Assembly (NCBI GenBank): GCA_965645245.1
Contig: OZ287068.1
Span: 124,001 to 188,000 of the forward strand
DNA: 64,000 nt
Direction of reading: 5' to 3'
DNA from: Massalongia carnosa
Lineage: Eukaryota
Both the position numbers and the translations under genes were made by a program. Below are positions 26,601 to 37,871 of this stretch, one piece after another (the first letter of the stretch is position 1; every line of letters begins with the position of its first letter). Under the pieces are notes generated by a model. That model saw nothing but the letters and a program-made list of their open reading frames with translations, ran no database searches and was not told the origin of the DNA.

Positions 26601-26638
26601 ACTTACGTGGTCGGCCGTGCGACCTGTGTTGATGTCAT
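20650..26638 (-). CDS. NLR-type (STAND) protein: N-terminal helical domain, NACHT, 16 tandem repeats, C-terminal Cys-containing hydrophobic module; about 1821 aa
   Basis: Manually spliced exons 26638-26607, 26546-26240, 26192-25976, 25927-25814, 25759-25655, 25608-25410, 25358-24747, 24690-21708, 21596-21159, 21108-20650. All introns GT-AG; total 5466 nt in frame. Walker A GIPGSGKS (25418-25441), Walker B IVIDALDEC, GMFRWASLQL, FAHLSVREFL. Confidence 0.88.
22280..23781 (-). repeat. Intragenic tandem array: 16 units of 96 bp (13) or 90 bp (3)
   Basis: Unit ITEEVVKAAAGNxxNGKEVMTLLLEQRGADVM. Short variant ITEEVVKTIARMFGKEV... at units 4, 9 and 14. Confidence 0.97.
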
Positions 26639-27475
26639 ACGTATGCCGGTCGTACAAACTTACTAGAGATAACTAGTTGTCAAAAGCACCAAGTGAGAAA
26701 GAAAGCGTTGACTTGAGTTTGATATATGATAACGCGGCGCAAGTTCAGCTGAGATGCTTCGATAAGGCAGATAACACAGTCTGGGAAGTCAATCAATCGA
26801 CTTATGATTACGGAAACTTCGAAGTCTTGATGAACTGGAAGTATATTCCCCAAACTCGGCCCAGTATTGCGATGGAGCACAAGGAGGAGATAGACAAGCT
26901 TCTACACCGGCTTCTTGGGAAGGCAGCAAATTGATGATAGCAAACTCTTGTCATCTGAAGTAAGGGTAATGTTTTGGCTAAACTTTCCACAGATCGATTG
27001 TGGGTTAATTATATTTCCTATTCTTGAAAATGAAAGGATCCTGCCAAATTTAGCATGTAAAGGAACACGTAGCTTTGAGAATGGTTGTCACATTAGTCTT
27101 TCGCTAGTTGAAAGTCGCTAATAGTTACTTCGAGATTTGGGTGAGTGTCGACTGCTTAAAAGTATAAATTATGAGTAATCGTGCCAAAACACTAAACCCC
27201 AACCGAGTCTAGACCCTGACTCGGCACGATTATTTTACCTTATCCGTGCCGTGCCCCACACTTTCGCCTGGGCACGGATACATGATTAAACATGGTAAAT
27301 CTTTTTAGTTCTATCAATGACGTAGATTACGAAGTACCCAACACCACAACAAAGACTATAGACTGCTTAGAACATATATCAGCTTCTGAATCTTCGGTAT
27401 CATGTCATTAAATCGAACTGAATCTGATGCAATACATAGATTGCTTGAATATTCTCAAGATCATCTAGATCGCGT

Positions 27476-27547
27476 GGCCTGCTGGGTCAGAAACCTCTAC
27501 GTGGTGCAGGCTATCAACACCTCCTCGGAGGTGGCCAATATCTGATC
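27476..27547 (+). ncRNA. HDV-like self-cleaving ribozyme (predicted fold)
   Basis: P1 GGCCUGC/GCAGGCU (27476-82/27506-12) with G1-U wobble. P2 GGUCAGA/UCUGAUC (27485-91/27541-47). P3 ACC/GGU. L3 UCUACGU. P4 CACCUC-CUCG-GAGGUG. J4/2 G-C-C-A-A with candidate catalytic C27535. Confidence 0.85.
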
Positions 27548-27632
27548 ATCGCCAACGCGGAAGTCCACATCGGTGGCCATTTGAACGATCAACGTCTCTA
27601 CTGATTATTCGTCACCTCGAAGGCACACATAC

Positions 27633-27778
27633 AAAGCCCATTCGTTCGGAATGGCCACACCCCTCAGGCGGAAGCCTTTCACCTCATCGAAAAAGCCCAT
27701 TCATTCGGAATGGCCACACCCCTCAGGCGGAAGCCTTTCACCACATCGAAAAAGCCCATTCATTTAGAATGGCCACAC
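27633..27778 (+). repeat. 2.5 copies of a 59-bp unit inside the retroelement
   Basis: aaagcccattc starts at 27633, 27692 and 27751. Confidence 0.95.
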
Positions 27779-29720
27779 TTACACACCTTCATTTATACGA
27801 CACCACGATCTGCCCTCGATCACGGCCAGTCTTTCCTCCATTGAATCAAAACGTTTAAAGAGAGAGAACGTTCGTCGAACGTGTGAAAATACACTGTCTA
27901 GTTCATCGAGTCTATAGGATTCCTAGCGCTTGAAGATCTGGGTTTACGCACCGCGTGGTAGAAGGACGGTCTCGTTGCGTTCAACATGGAACAAGGGAGT
28001 GGTTTTACCCTGGGGGCCAGGTTTCTACTTCCTGACTGTTGTTTATGTACATAAATAGCAGTCACAGCGTCATATCCTTAGGATGCATACGCTTAATGAA
28101 TTAATAAAAAAAAAATCTAGATCGCGTTTATAAAGGTGCAGATGAGCTCCGCGTCAGAATTATTGGAGGGAGAAGTGATCACCTTGGTGCATGATACGAA
28201 TATTTGGAAGGGATAATGTCGATTATTATCTATCGTGGGTGTTTATGAACTCCCACTGGCTAATCTACGCTAATCCTATTCCGGTTAAGCAGTCACCAGT
28301 TGCCCGACCTTGTCCGTTAGGCTAACACTTTAGCATAACACCAACAAGAATTGAAGCTCGGGGGGTCCTTAATCTACTTGGTATTCCTGTGAATCAGACT
28401 CTTATGAGTAGTCTTAACCACTTCGGTAATGTGTGTCTTTTCAATAAGTTCGTATTGCGAGATATGCGCTTGATCCGTAGACTGCGAAAAATCTTGTGGT
28501 TGTGAGCTCTTTCTCTTTATTATGTTGTTCTTTTTCAAAGTCTTCAGTCTCATTAAGTTCTCCTTAGCTGATGTCAAACTCAACGTATTTGAGTCGCTGG
28601 AAAGAAGCTTCCAGTCATGAGTGAACACATCAACAGGTCCAGGAAAAATATTGATCAAGAACTTCAAGCCATCGTCAAGCCTAAGCAGCCATGTATCAAT
28701 GGCCTCTTTGTTACGTTCAATGCTGATGACATCTTGAATACTTTTAGCAATAATAAGGGAAGTAGATGAGTTATGCAACGTCATAGAGTCATCGTTCGTG
28801 TGTAGAATGAATTGTCAATGCAAGGCATTGATCCAGCAATCGCCTTCTCGAGCATCATCATGCTTGAGTTTCACATAGTTCCGATTCCAGCATCAATTTC
28901 AAATACAGTGGAGGGTGTTTTCTGTGGCTGCCAGCATACTAGTATCAAGTATACGTCATCTAGGCCGGAGGGAAACCTTTCGCAATATGAGTTGCCGGGT
29001 TGCACGGTCTGCTCGTTTCCATGTCTCCGTTATTTTCAGCTGTTGTACTACGGATAGCATATCAAACGTCCATTTTAAGATCAGCCACGTTTTAGTACTG
29101 TACTTGCCGGTATCGGGAAGTTATTAAAATGCGGGTAGCCAATAATGTCCACCAACTATACAGAGGGCTGACCGATCGATGCCGTATGATGCTGCAAGGA
29201 GGCTTTATCAACAATGGGAGACGGTGGAAAGGGAATCCAATGAAGGGTACTGCTCCATAAACGCTAATTCACGATCGGAATGACGAGGATATGTTGGAGC
29301 CGATGGAGCGTTGAAAATATTGCTAAAGACGCACAACTATAAGGAAATGCATTCAGTCCCATGAGTTAGCCACTGGATACAGTATCTCCACAGTACTTAA
29401 TTGCGTCGTAATGCCTCATCCGAAGAGATACCCCGCACCCGCACCCAGCCCCTACGACACGACAATATATCTGCTACACCATCATGAGGGACAAGAATGC
29501 GCCACGAGGCAAAGTCTTCAATTTCAAGCCCAGGACAGAATGGAGACCTGAAGTTGCTCAGCAGGTGCACTTGTCATCGCAATATCGATCTCATATGGTG
29601 GTTGTCTTGGGCAAAGCATTAACGAGACCGCCCGGTTGAGCTTGTACACATTTCGCTACGCTTTAGTTGATAGCTAGAAAGAGACCTTCCTTCACGCAGA
29701 CATCGTGCTGCGTGTCTTAA

Positions 29721-29837
29721 CAGGCATTATTCAGGCATTCATTATAGGCATTCTTTATAGGCATTCTTTATAGGCATTCGTCAGACAATTTTTACAGGCA
29801 TTCTACAGGCACTTTTTACAGGCATTTTTCACAGGCG
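29721..29837. repeat. Degenerate ~13-bp minisatellite (aggcattctttat)
   Basis: About nine aggca(t/c)t-containing units in tandem. Confidence 0.75.
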
Positions 29838-30210
29838 TTTCGAAGCATGTATCTCCTTAAACTACTACGCTAGGCGGAGCATGCATCTCCTTAAAATGCA
29901 GTTGCTTAGCATCCATGGCCCAAGTTGCTACACACACATACTGGCCCCCTTGTGCGAGGGGACGGCGGACATTACAAGCCAACGGGCAGTCGACGAGCAA
30001 ATAAGCTTTTCGTACAGGCCTACTTCTTTGGCTTAGCATCCATACAAAGCAGCTACACCTTCGACCCCATTGAGGGGGATATTTTTGGCTATACATTCAG
30101 TCAAAAGCCCTTCGTATAGGCTAGTGGAAAAAAGCTCTATATACTGTAGGTACGCGTCTATAGCACTCTTCTCGTCCACCTATACGAGACATACGAGCTG
30201 AAGGGGTGGT

Positions 30211-30315
30211 TGTTGATGAATAGTAAAATTCACGTGTAGGTATAATAGTATGACTGTCATTGAAGGTAATTATCTATGTGGGCTATCTACCTGCTATTAT
30301 AGCAGCCACATAACA
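30211..30315 (+). repeat. 105-bp LTR-like short repeat, with partial copies at 19511-19552 (-) and about 46508-46605 (+)
   Basis: TGTT...AACA ends, purine tract gaaggggtgg immediately upstream, shared core agtaaaattcacgtgtaggtataatag and tgtcattgaaggt. Confidence 0.6.
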
Positions 30316-30417
30316 GTAATGCTGTAGGCCTCCTATAGCTGCCTGTTAGGCACCTCCATAGCTGCCTGTTAGACACCTTCCATAACTGCCTATTAGGCAC
30401 CTCTTATAGATGTTGAA

Positions 30418-31000
30418 GGATCGTCAAAAGCAAAATGGGGAAGCAGAGCTCTACAGATATTGGGCTGGATAAGCACCACGCATAAGCAGGATATAAAGGA
30501 TCTTGAAGAGCGTTCGGCAAAGCTCATCAGCGTTAACGAGGCCTTTCAGAAATTTCTGAAAGCACGGGATCGTTCAGAATCAAGAGAGTTTGTGGAAGTA
30601 GCTTGTTTCTTTAAACAGTATGCTATGTATAAGGGAGGGACGAAGATGGGATTTATCGTGCCCAAGGAATCGGCTTGCCTGCCTGGTATCGATCCACAGT
30701 CGATCCAGGTGAACCATGTTGATATGTGCAAGTTTGAGGATGAAGACCGAGAGGGATACAAGAGAATTTCACAAAAGTTAGTTCAATGGATATCGGATCT
30801 TGATAGTCGATCCAAGGGGTCTGGAGAGGATTGCCAGGTCTGACATCTCTTTCGCGCGCTTGAAGTTAGCTGAAAATCAACAGAACCATTCGGTTCGTAT
30901 GGGCGATGTTAACTTTAGGGACAAAATCGATAACAATCGAGGTGTGATTATGGGTCATGCAAATAGTACGGCCACAGAAGGGGTTAAGATAACTGGGAGT
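30418..31000 (+). pseudogene. 5'-truncated SesB-like alpha/beta-hydrolase with an N/G-rich C-terminal tail
   Basis: GSSKAKWG...VACFFKQ...IVPKESACL...IQVNHVDMCKF...GYKRI matches the C-terminal half of fungal SesB/DUF676-type hydrolases. Probable intron 30838-30883. The N-terminal half is not seen upstream. Confidence 0.72.
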
Positions 31001-31789
31001 AGTATCACTTTAAGGATCACCTATCCTTTCGATAGCGATGTACAAGCTGACAGAACATAAAGAATACTTATCATGGCATTAACCCAAAAGACTCTGTGTA
31101 GACCGAGGGATAGGCAATGGCGGAACTACTAGTCAACATTGCGGAGTCATTCTAGGAAACTATTGCGGAGTCATTCTAGGAAACTATCCAGGAACGTGAA
31201 ATAATCAATTGACTTTTTGACGACTTTCAAAACAATGTTTTTTTGCGCAGTCATCAGCTTCGGGTGAAAGTTGACTCCTTGTGAGACGTGAAGAGCTCGC
31301 ATGACAAGAGTTCCAGGCTTCAAATATGCCGCAGCTAGAGGGGGCCTCTTAGCAGAGAATGCTTATCCAACTTATGTCCGATCTCTGAATCCTGCCCTTG
31401 CTTCCGTAAGCACTTCAGAACAAAAGTCTGACAAGATCTTAAAGCATTATTGAATGAATAAGCTTCTTACTTCATTGAGCTACGTAGATGCAATGATGGA
31501 GATTTTCAAAGACGTACAATCAGTGCTTACGCCTGTCGAGCCTTTGATAAAGTACGCTAAAATTGTAAATCGATTGAGCATCACAATCGACGACATAGCT
31601 GAAGATGAGACGAGCAATTACAATACATCAAGTCCTGACATCTATTCCTAATATTTTCATTAAGTCAGGTCAGTACGTTGACATTATTGAGATTTTGTTT
31701 CGACATTTCAAAGCCTTTAAGCAAGGACTGAGGTTGACAGAAAAACCTTCACTGATCTAAGTGATAATTGACTTGCGATTCACAGAGAT

Positions 31790-32066
31790 GAAGTGCAAGC
31801 GACATCAAAAGAAGATCATGATCAAGCATTGCAGCTGCTGCTGCTGAAGAAAAGAGCCGATGAGAACGCTCGAGGTGGAGCCATTGACGATGCAACTGCA
31901 AACGGCGTCATTTAATGATCATGATCGAGTGATGTAGATACCGCTCGACAAAGAGGCTAATCTCAACACACAAAGTGAAGGCTGTGACTACACATTGTAG
32001 ACGGCATCAGCGAAAGGTCATGATAAAGAGATGCAAATGTTACTTGCCGCTGGTGCAATAGGGTAG
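31790..32066 (+). pseudogene. Degenerate ankyrin-repeat coding remnant
   Basis: LLLKKRADENARGG...LQTASFNDHDRVM*IPLDKEANLNTQ...L*TASAKGHDKEMQMLLAAGA, with stops and a frameshift. Confidence 0.7.
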
Positions 32067-32091
32067 AAACATAGCACCGATGTGACGAGCT

Positions 32092-35000
32092 TGTTAAATT
32101 TTATGGAAGAAGATGTAACTTGTTGTGTGTCTCGGAAGAAGAGGATGTGTGTGCATGTTGTTGAGAGAAAGAGGAAGAAAACATGACGCGCCTTTTTGTG
32201 AGCACTAAACCACTAGTGTGCCGACTATCAATAATTTCAACACACCCCTTGAGGTGATTTTCACCCCAAAATTACCTCGTCGCAATTTATCCTCTATGAT
32301 CCTTAATCGTTCGATTTCCTCGATCCTTCACGATCCTTAATCCTACGATATCATGCCTTCGGACTGTGAACTAACAGTTAATATGAAGGAATGTAAAATC
32401 GATGTTGATAAGATACGAGGCGAGACACATTTTGTGATCTATGTGACACAAAAATGTGTCACGCCTACCTTATCCTTGTTCATCTGCTTCATTCAGAACC
32501 GCAATGCATCAGTCCTTTTCCAAGTGCCGTCTTCTCGTATTGGAGAGTGCAATGACGCTGGTTCCCCGTTTCACGAAATCACATCTTTCAGTGGCAACAG
32601 GGTAGCTACTCCCTTTCAGTCCACAGATGATTAATTCGACGGTTTCACCTCCTGACGTCTCAGGTTGCAGTCAGACCCGTACCCAAACGCAGCACCGTAC
32701 TCAGTCCCGGTTTTATGTTGCTGAAGAGCTTGTTTGAGATCTTCTTCTCTTTTTATCTCATTCAAGAGATCTTCTTTATCTTCCACTCCAGTCAATTGGA
32801 CAAATCTCTCAAAATTTGCAATTGTGAGCGCTTTTGTAAGGCCGTCTGCTGCCATCTTTTTTGTTGGTACCCATCGCAGTTGGATTGCTCCTCGTTGCAC
32901 CTCTTGCCTCAGCCAATGTGAATGAATATCAACGTGCCGTAGTTTGGTTTGGAGTTTTGTGGATTCCTCAACCAAGAGCCGTATCGTTTGCGCATTGTCG
33001 CACTCAATTGTCAGAGCTTCGGGAATATGTAGCGTGAGTGCCTTCATCAGTCGAGAAAGGTATATTGTTTCTTTTGCCGTTTGAGAAATTGCAAGAAGCT
33101 CGGCTTCAGTGGACGATGTGGTAACCGTATCCTGTTTGTTAGCTCGCCATGCTACTGCACCTCCAAAAAGTTTCATGATATACCCCTGAGAGCTTTTTCG
33201 ATCCAGCGTATTATCGGCAAATGATGCATCACTTGCGCAGATAAATGAAGAAAGATCTCGTGCGTCTCCTCCATATCGAATACAATAGTTCCGAGTTCGA
33301 TAGAGATAGTGCAAAACACGATCGGCAGCCTCATGATGCCTTTTACCAGGTTGTTGATTGAAGCTTGAGAGTCTTGAAACTGCAAACGCCACATCAAATC
33401 GGGTAGAGATAGCCGCAAACAGAATTGATCCCACTTTCTGTTGATACAGAGTTCGGGAGATATTAGTTACCTCATCTTCTTCTGAAGTAGGTAACAATTC
33501 TGTAGTCTCCATTGGGGTGGTTGGAAGTCGAACTGAATTTGTTAGCGCTAATTCGTTATAGATTTTCTCAATGTACGCCTTTTGTGAGATCCACAGACCT
33601 CGACTTGGCGGATGACGAATAATATGCAGTCCCAGAAACCACTTCATCTCTCCCAATACCTCGACTGTGAATGCTTGAGACAATGAATCTATTGTCTTTT
33701 TCACTTGCTCGCTGCGCTCCCTTTTGAATGCAAACACAATATCGTCAACAAAGAAGAAACAGATGATGCCATCTTTCTGAATTACGCATGGCTCTTGAGG
33801 AATCTCCGTGAAACCCAGAATTTTCATCTGATTGGTGAGTTTTTGTTGCCACAGCAAGGGAGATCTTCGCAAGCCATACAGCGCTTTATTAAGCCTTAGC
33901 ACCTTTCCTTGCTCACCGTATCCTAGAGGCATCTTTATAAACACTGTTTCGTCCAGATCCACATGCACAAATGCATTTACTGCATCGAGCTGTATTGTTT
34001 CAAGGTCAAACTTGGCTATCAAGGCTAGTAACACTCGGAGAGAGGTTGTTGCTAGAGTTGTTGCCCTCGTTGGAAGATCGCACTTTCTCTGTTGATTGCC
34101 GCAAACTACTAGCCTAGCTTTGCATTTTTGCAAACTGCCATGCTTGTCTGTTTTGTATACAAATACCCATTGACACCCAAGCACTTGATGTCCTGTAGCC
34201 TCTTGGCTGTTCACCACCGACCATGATTTGAATTGGTGTTTGTGTTGTCGTAAATGCTCTTCCATATTCTCCCGGAATTGCTTCTCCAATGGATGTCCTT
34301 GGAGTTGTCGATAGTTGATCGGGACTGGCGGAAGGTTTCTCTTATAGACCTTTTCTCCTGATGCAAACGCCGTTTGTACTTTGGACGGCACTCTGAATTG
34401 CCTGAAATCAAAAAACCTTTGATTTTTTTGTCTCTCAAATTCGTCAAGAACTGCTGGTTCAATATAATTTGTTGAACCAGACTCATGCAAACCTGAACTC
34501 AAATGTTTTGATAATGAGTCCACCCCTTCAGGTTGGACTAAGACAGAACCTGAATCTAAATATTTCGGTTCCGCGTTCACCCCTTCAGGTTGAACCAGGA
34601 TTCTAATAGCGTTTGCAAGAAAAGTTTCCAAAACTGACGGATCAGGAGTCGGATACTGCTGTTGTGCCCATTCCAAGTCTTCCTCTTCGACTTGTTTTTC
34701 AGCTTCCAGATTCTCGGTTACTTGATCGGCCTGAGGTGTTATCCTCGTCATCAAATCAATCTCAGGGTCCTCTCCCAGTTGAAGATCTTCCATTTCTTCC
34801 GCTTGAGGCACTTCAACAATCTCAATCGCTTCGTCAAGCTCTTTAATGTCTTCACAGAGGAGGATTGAATCCTTTTTCCATTCCAGACTTCATCCTCATC
34901 GAAGATAACATCTCTTACTGACACTACCTTTCTTTTGTACGGAATCCATACCCTGTATATATTGGTAGACTCATAGCCAACTAGAAAACCAATATGCGCC

Positions 35001-37871
35001 TTTGCATCAAGTTTGCGGCGTTTGCTTCGATACTGTGGGTCACCTTTTGATTTGATGAGTACGTAACACTTACATCCGTACGCCCTTAGATGGTGCAATT
35101 GGGGTTTTCGGGGCCCTGAGACTTCTTCCTTATCCCACACGTACGTGTAAAAGGCTTCGTATGGACTTTTCCAATCTAGCGAGACTCGTGGTGTACGGTT
35201 ATATAGATACGTTGCAGCAGCCACAATCTCTCTCCAAAGCTTGTGAGGTAAATTGGCTGATAGTCTCATCGCTCGAGCCTTCTCCATAATAAGCCTTCCA
35301 AACCTTTCTGCCCCTCCATTTTGAGCATGAGTGTTTGGTGCACAAGGCTCAAACGTAATTCCAACATTGATGCACCATGCCTTAGTCTTTAAGCGATTCA
35401 TCTCATTGTCAGACCGGATGACTTTTACCTCAAGATTGTGCCGAAGTGCGAGCCACGTCACAAAGTCTTGAATCAGGGGTAAAGTTTCTTCTCCTTTTGC
35501 CGACTCTGTGAAGTAGGTAATAGCCATTTTTGTCGCCTCACACACCACAGCCATGACTCGTCGAACGATAGCTCCATCTCCTTGATAGCCATCCCAACCT
35601 TCTTCTAGATCAAACCAGTCAATAAAAACACGGTAGAACGGTCGCAAGGCCCGATTAGCTGGCGTTCTTCGTGATATCTGTTGAGTTATCTTTGCCATCG
35701 CGCAATGGGTGCACTGGGCCATCTTTTTACCTCGAAGTCGAACTCCAAGGCACTCTTTACCTAGCTTGAACAATCCCAATGGACCAATGTGACCCATTCT
35801 TCGATGCCAAATATCAGAAGACGCTGCTGAGTGAACTTCGTGATGGAGATGGGAGTTTTTTCGCTGAGTTTGAGATTGCGTCAGGGTTATGAAAGCTTTT
35901 CCTATTTCATTCTTGACTTCTTCTCCAATCTCGTAATTGTTCTCTCGTCTTTTTGTGTATCCAATGACTCGTGTGGTCTTTATGCTTCGTATTTCCCCTG
36001 ATCTATGTGTCCAATCGAGCCCTTGATCTTGCATGCACGCAAGAGACACTAGGTTCACTGGAAAGTTTGCGATATACGCGACGCTCTTCAAAGTCAGCAC
36101 CGATCTTCGATTTCGTGCCTTCAGAGGCAATGCCACTTCTCCCCATCCTTCAATTGGAATGAATCCACCTCCACACAAAAGACCTTGACCCTTTCTTGCA
36201 CATTTAAACCTTGAGAATCTTTCCTTATTGTGAAACACGTGGACAGAGGCGGCTGAGTCAAGGAGTGAATAATCTTCTTGAGTATGACTATAAGTCATGT
36301 TAAAAGCCAACCGCGAAGATACATTTCCTACTATCTCCTTGAAATCTTTTATGTCTCCTCCGTCCGCATGTCCCTATTGTTTGAAAGGTGCCACTGCTTT
36401 CCTGTAATCCTCCACTTTCTTTCTAAACTTAGATTCCTCCATGTTATTCTCAAATGTCTTCTTTGATTCAGCCGTTATCCAACTTCGATCTACTCCTAAT
36501 ACCAAGAAGCAGGCTTCAAAACGATGTAGAGCACCGCAGGCTGTGCAAGGATCACGATTTGCTTGTCTTTGACTTTTCCGTTTTGGAGACTTGCTCCGTT
36601 CCTGATTGGAACCCTCATGATCTTCTCTTGTGTGATGACGTCCCTGATCCTGCGTCTTTTTCCCATGTCTCTGCCTTTTCTTTGCCGGTTTAGGGGAGGT
36701 TATTGGTGATACATCTTGGAAATCCGAGGTGGTATTTGACGTTGTGACTGGTGCCTCTTTGCCGTTGAAGGTGACTTCTTGAGCCGTGAACACTGATCGA
36801 GTTGACCGAGGTTTGTTGTATCGAAGTGTCAACCCTTGCTTCTTACGCTCCCATAATTGTTGGATCGTTGCACTGATTGATGCGTATGTATACTGCGCTA
36901 CGTTTTCCTTCTAAATGTCAATTTCCACCGTCTTGAAGTAGACGTTAAGATCAGGAACTTGTTGCCACACCATACTGACATCCGTCAGCCAGTTGAGAAG
37001 GGGTTCATCGTACTGTTTAGCTCGATAGACCAAGTCTTCCCAATTAGCAAGCCAGTTGTTAGGACCACCTGTCGGCCATTCGACAAATCCCACACTCATC
37101 AGTCTCTGATATTCTACGCGAATGCTCTGTTTGACTGTGGCTTTTGGAGGCTCCGTCGAGGCTTTGAGATCAATGAGCCACTTTCGAACAGTATTTTGTG
37201 GTACCAGTGGTGCAGCTTTCTGTTGGGCTACAGTTCCGAGGATCCGCTCTCGTAGTTTGGCCTCGCACTCGTTGTACTTTTCCCATTGCCTTAGATTATC
37301 TCTGTATATGGTATGCCTCTTAAAATAGGGTTCCATCCTCTTTTCGTACTGCGCTTCGCGTGCCGTTTGCTGCTCAGGCGTCTCTGTTGCTGCTCGTGAG
37401 CCAGATACAGCACTGGCTCGAGTTCCAGAAGCGGCACCCACTCGAGGGAGGTTATTGACCGGCTTGTTGACTGGTTCGATCGGAGGTACTGGTTCAACGA
37501 ACATGGCATCATACTCGGGGTCAAAATAAGGCCAAAGGTGATTAGGCACTGCGCCTCTGAGATTTGCAAACCATTGATGATAAGTACTCGGGTTAGAAAG
37601 GATCAAGTCCTTTGCGGCTTTTGCCGCCGTATTAGTGGAGGAAGTCATGTTCTAATGTCCATGTCGAAACTAGAAAGATCAGCGGAAATGATATTGCCTA
37701 TTGCTAACCGGGCTCATAACTGTTGAATTTTATGGAAGAAGATGTAACTTGTTGTGTGTCTCGGAAGAAGAGGATGTGTGTGCATGTTGTTTAGAGAAAG
37801 AGGAAGAAAACATGACGCGCCTTTTTGTGAGCACTAAACCACTAGTGTACCAACTATCAATAATTTCAACA
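32092..37871 (-). mobile_element. Ty1/Copia element 2
   Basis: 151-bp LTRs 32092-32242 and 37721-37871. TSD gagct at 32087-32091 and 37872-37876. Minus-strand PBS gttatgagccc adjacent to 37720. PPT aaggggtg at 32243-32250. Confidence 0.96.
32631..37648 (-). pseudogene. Copia 2 gag-pol with two in-frame TAG stops and one frameshift
   Basis: ORFs 36911-37648, 36374-36832 and 34751-36310 share a frame (gag; protease LLDSAAS; WHRRMGH; integrase). RT/RNase H in 32631-34811 (FVDD, SSTEAE). Confidence 0.88.

Larger units (their letters stand above)
27476..28114 (+). mobile_element. Non-autonomous non-LTR retroelement (SINE-like), 639 bp
   Basis: 13-bp TSD atctagatcgcgt at 27463-27475 and 28115-28127. 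Poly(A) tail preceded by ttaat. No long ORF. Internal 59-bp repeats. Confidence 0.9.

Noticed and set aside
26677..26934. 85-aa ORF divergent from the NLR start
   Set aside because: Non-ATG start, short, no recognisable motif.
27476..27800. tRNA-derived SINE head or hammerhead ribozyme
   Set aside because: I saw no convincing A/B boxes or CUGANGA...GAAA core with flanking stems; the HDV-like fold explains the 5' end.
28374..29130. Minus-strand ORF fragments, possibly a decayed host gene
   Set aside because: Stops in the upstream frame and no motif I can name with confidence.
36374..36376. Programmed readthrough at the Copia 2 gag/pol TAG
   Set aside because: The element has another in-frame stop and a frameshift, so decay is an equally good explanation without other copies.
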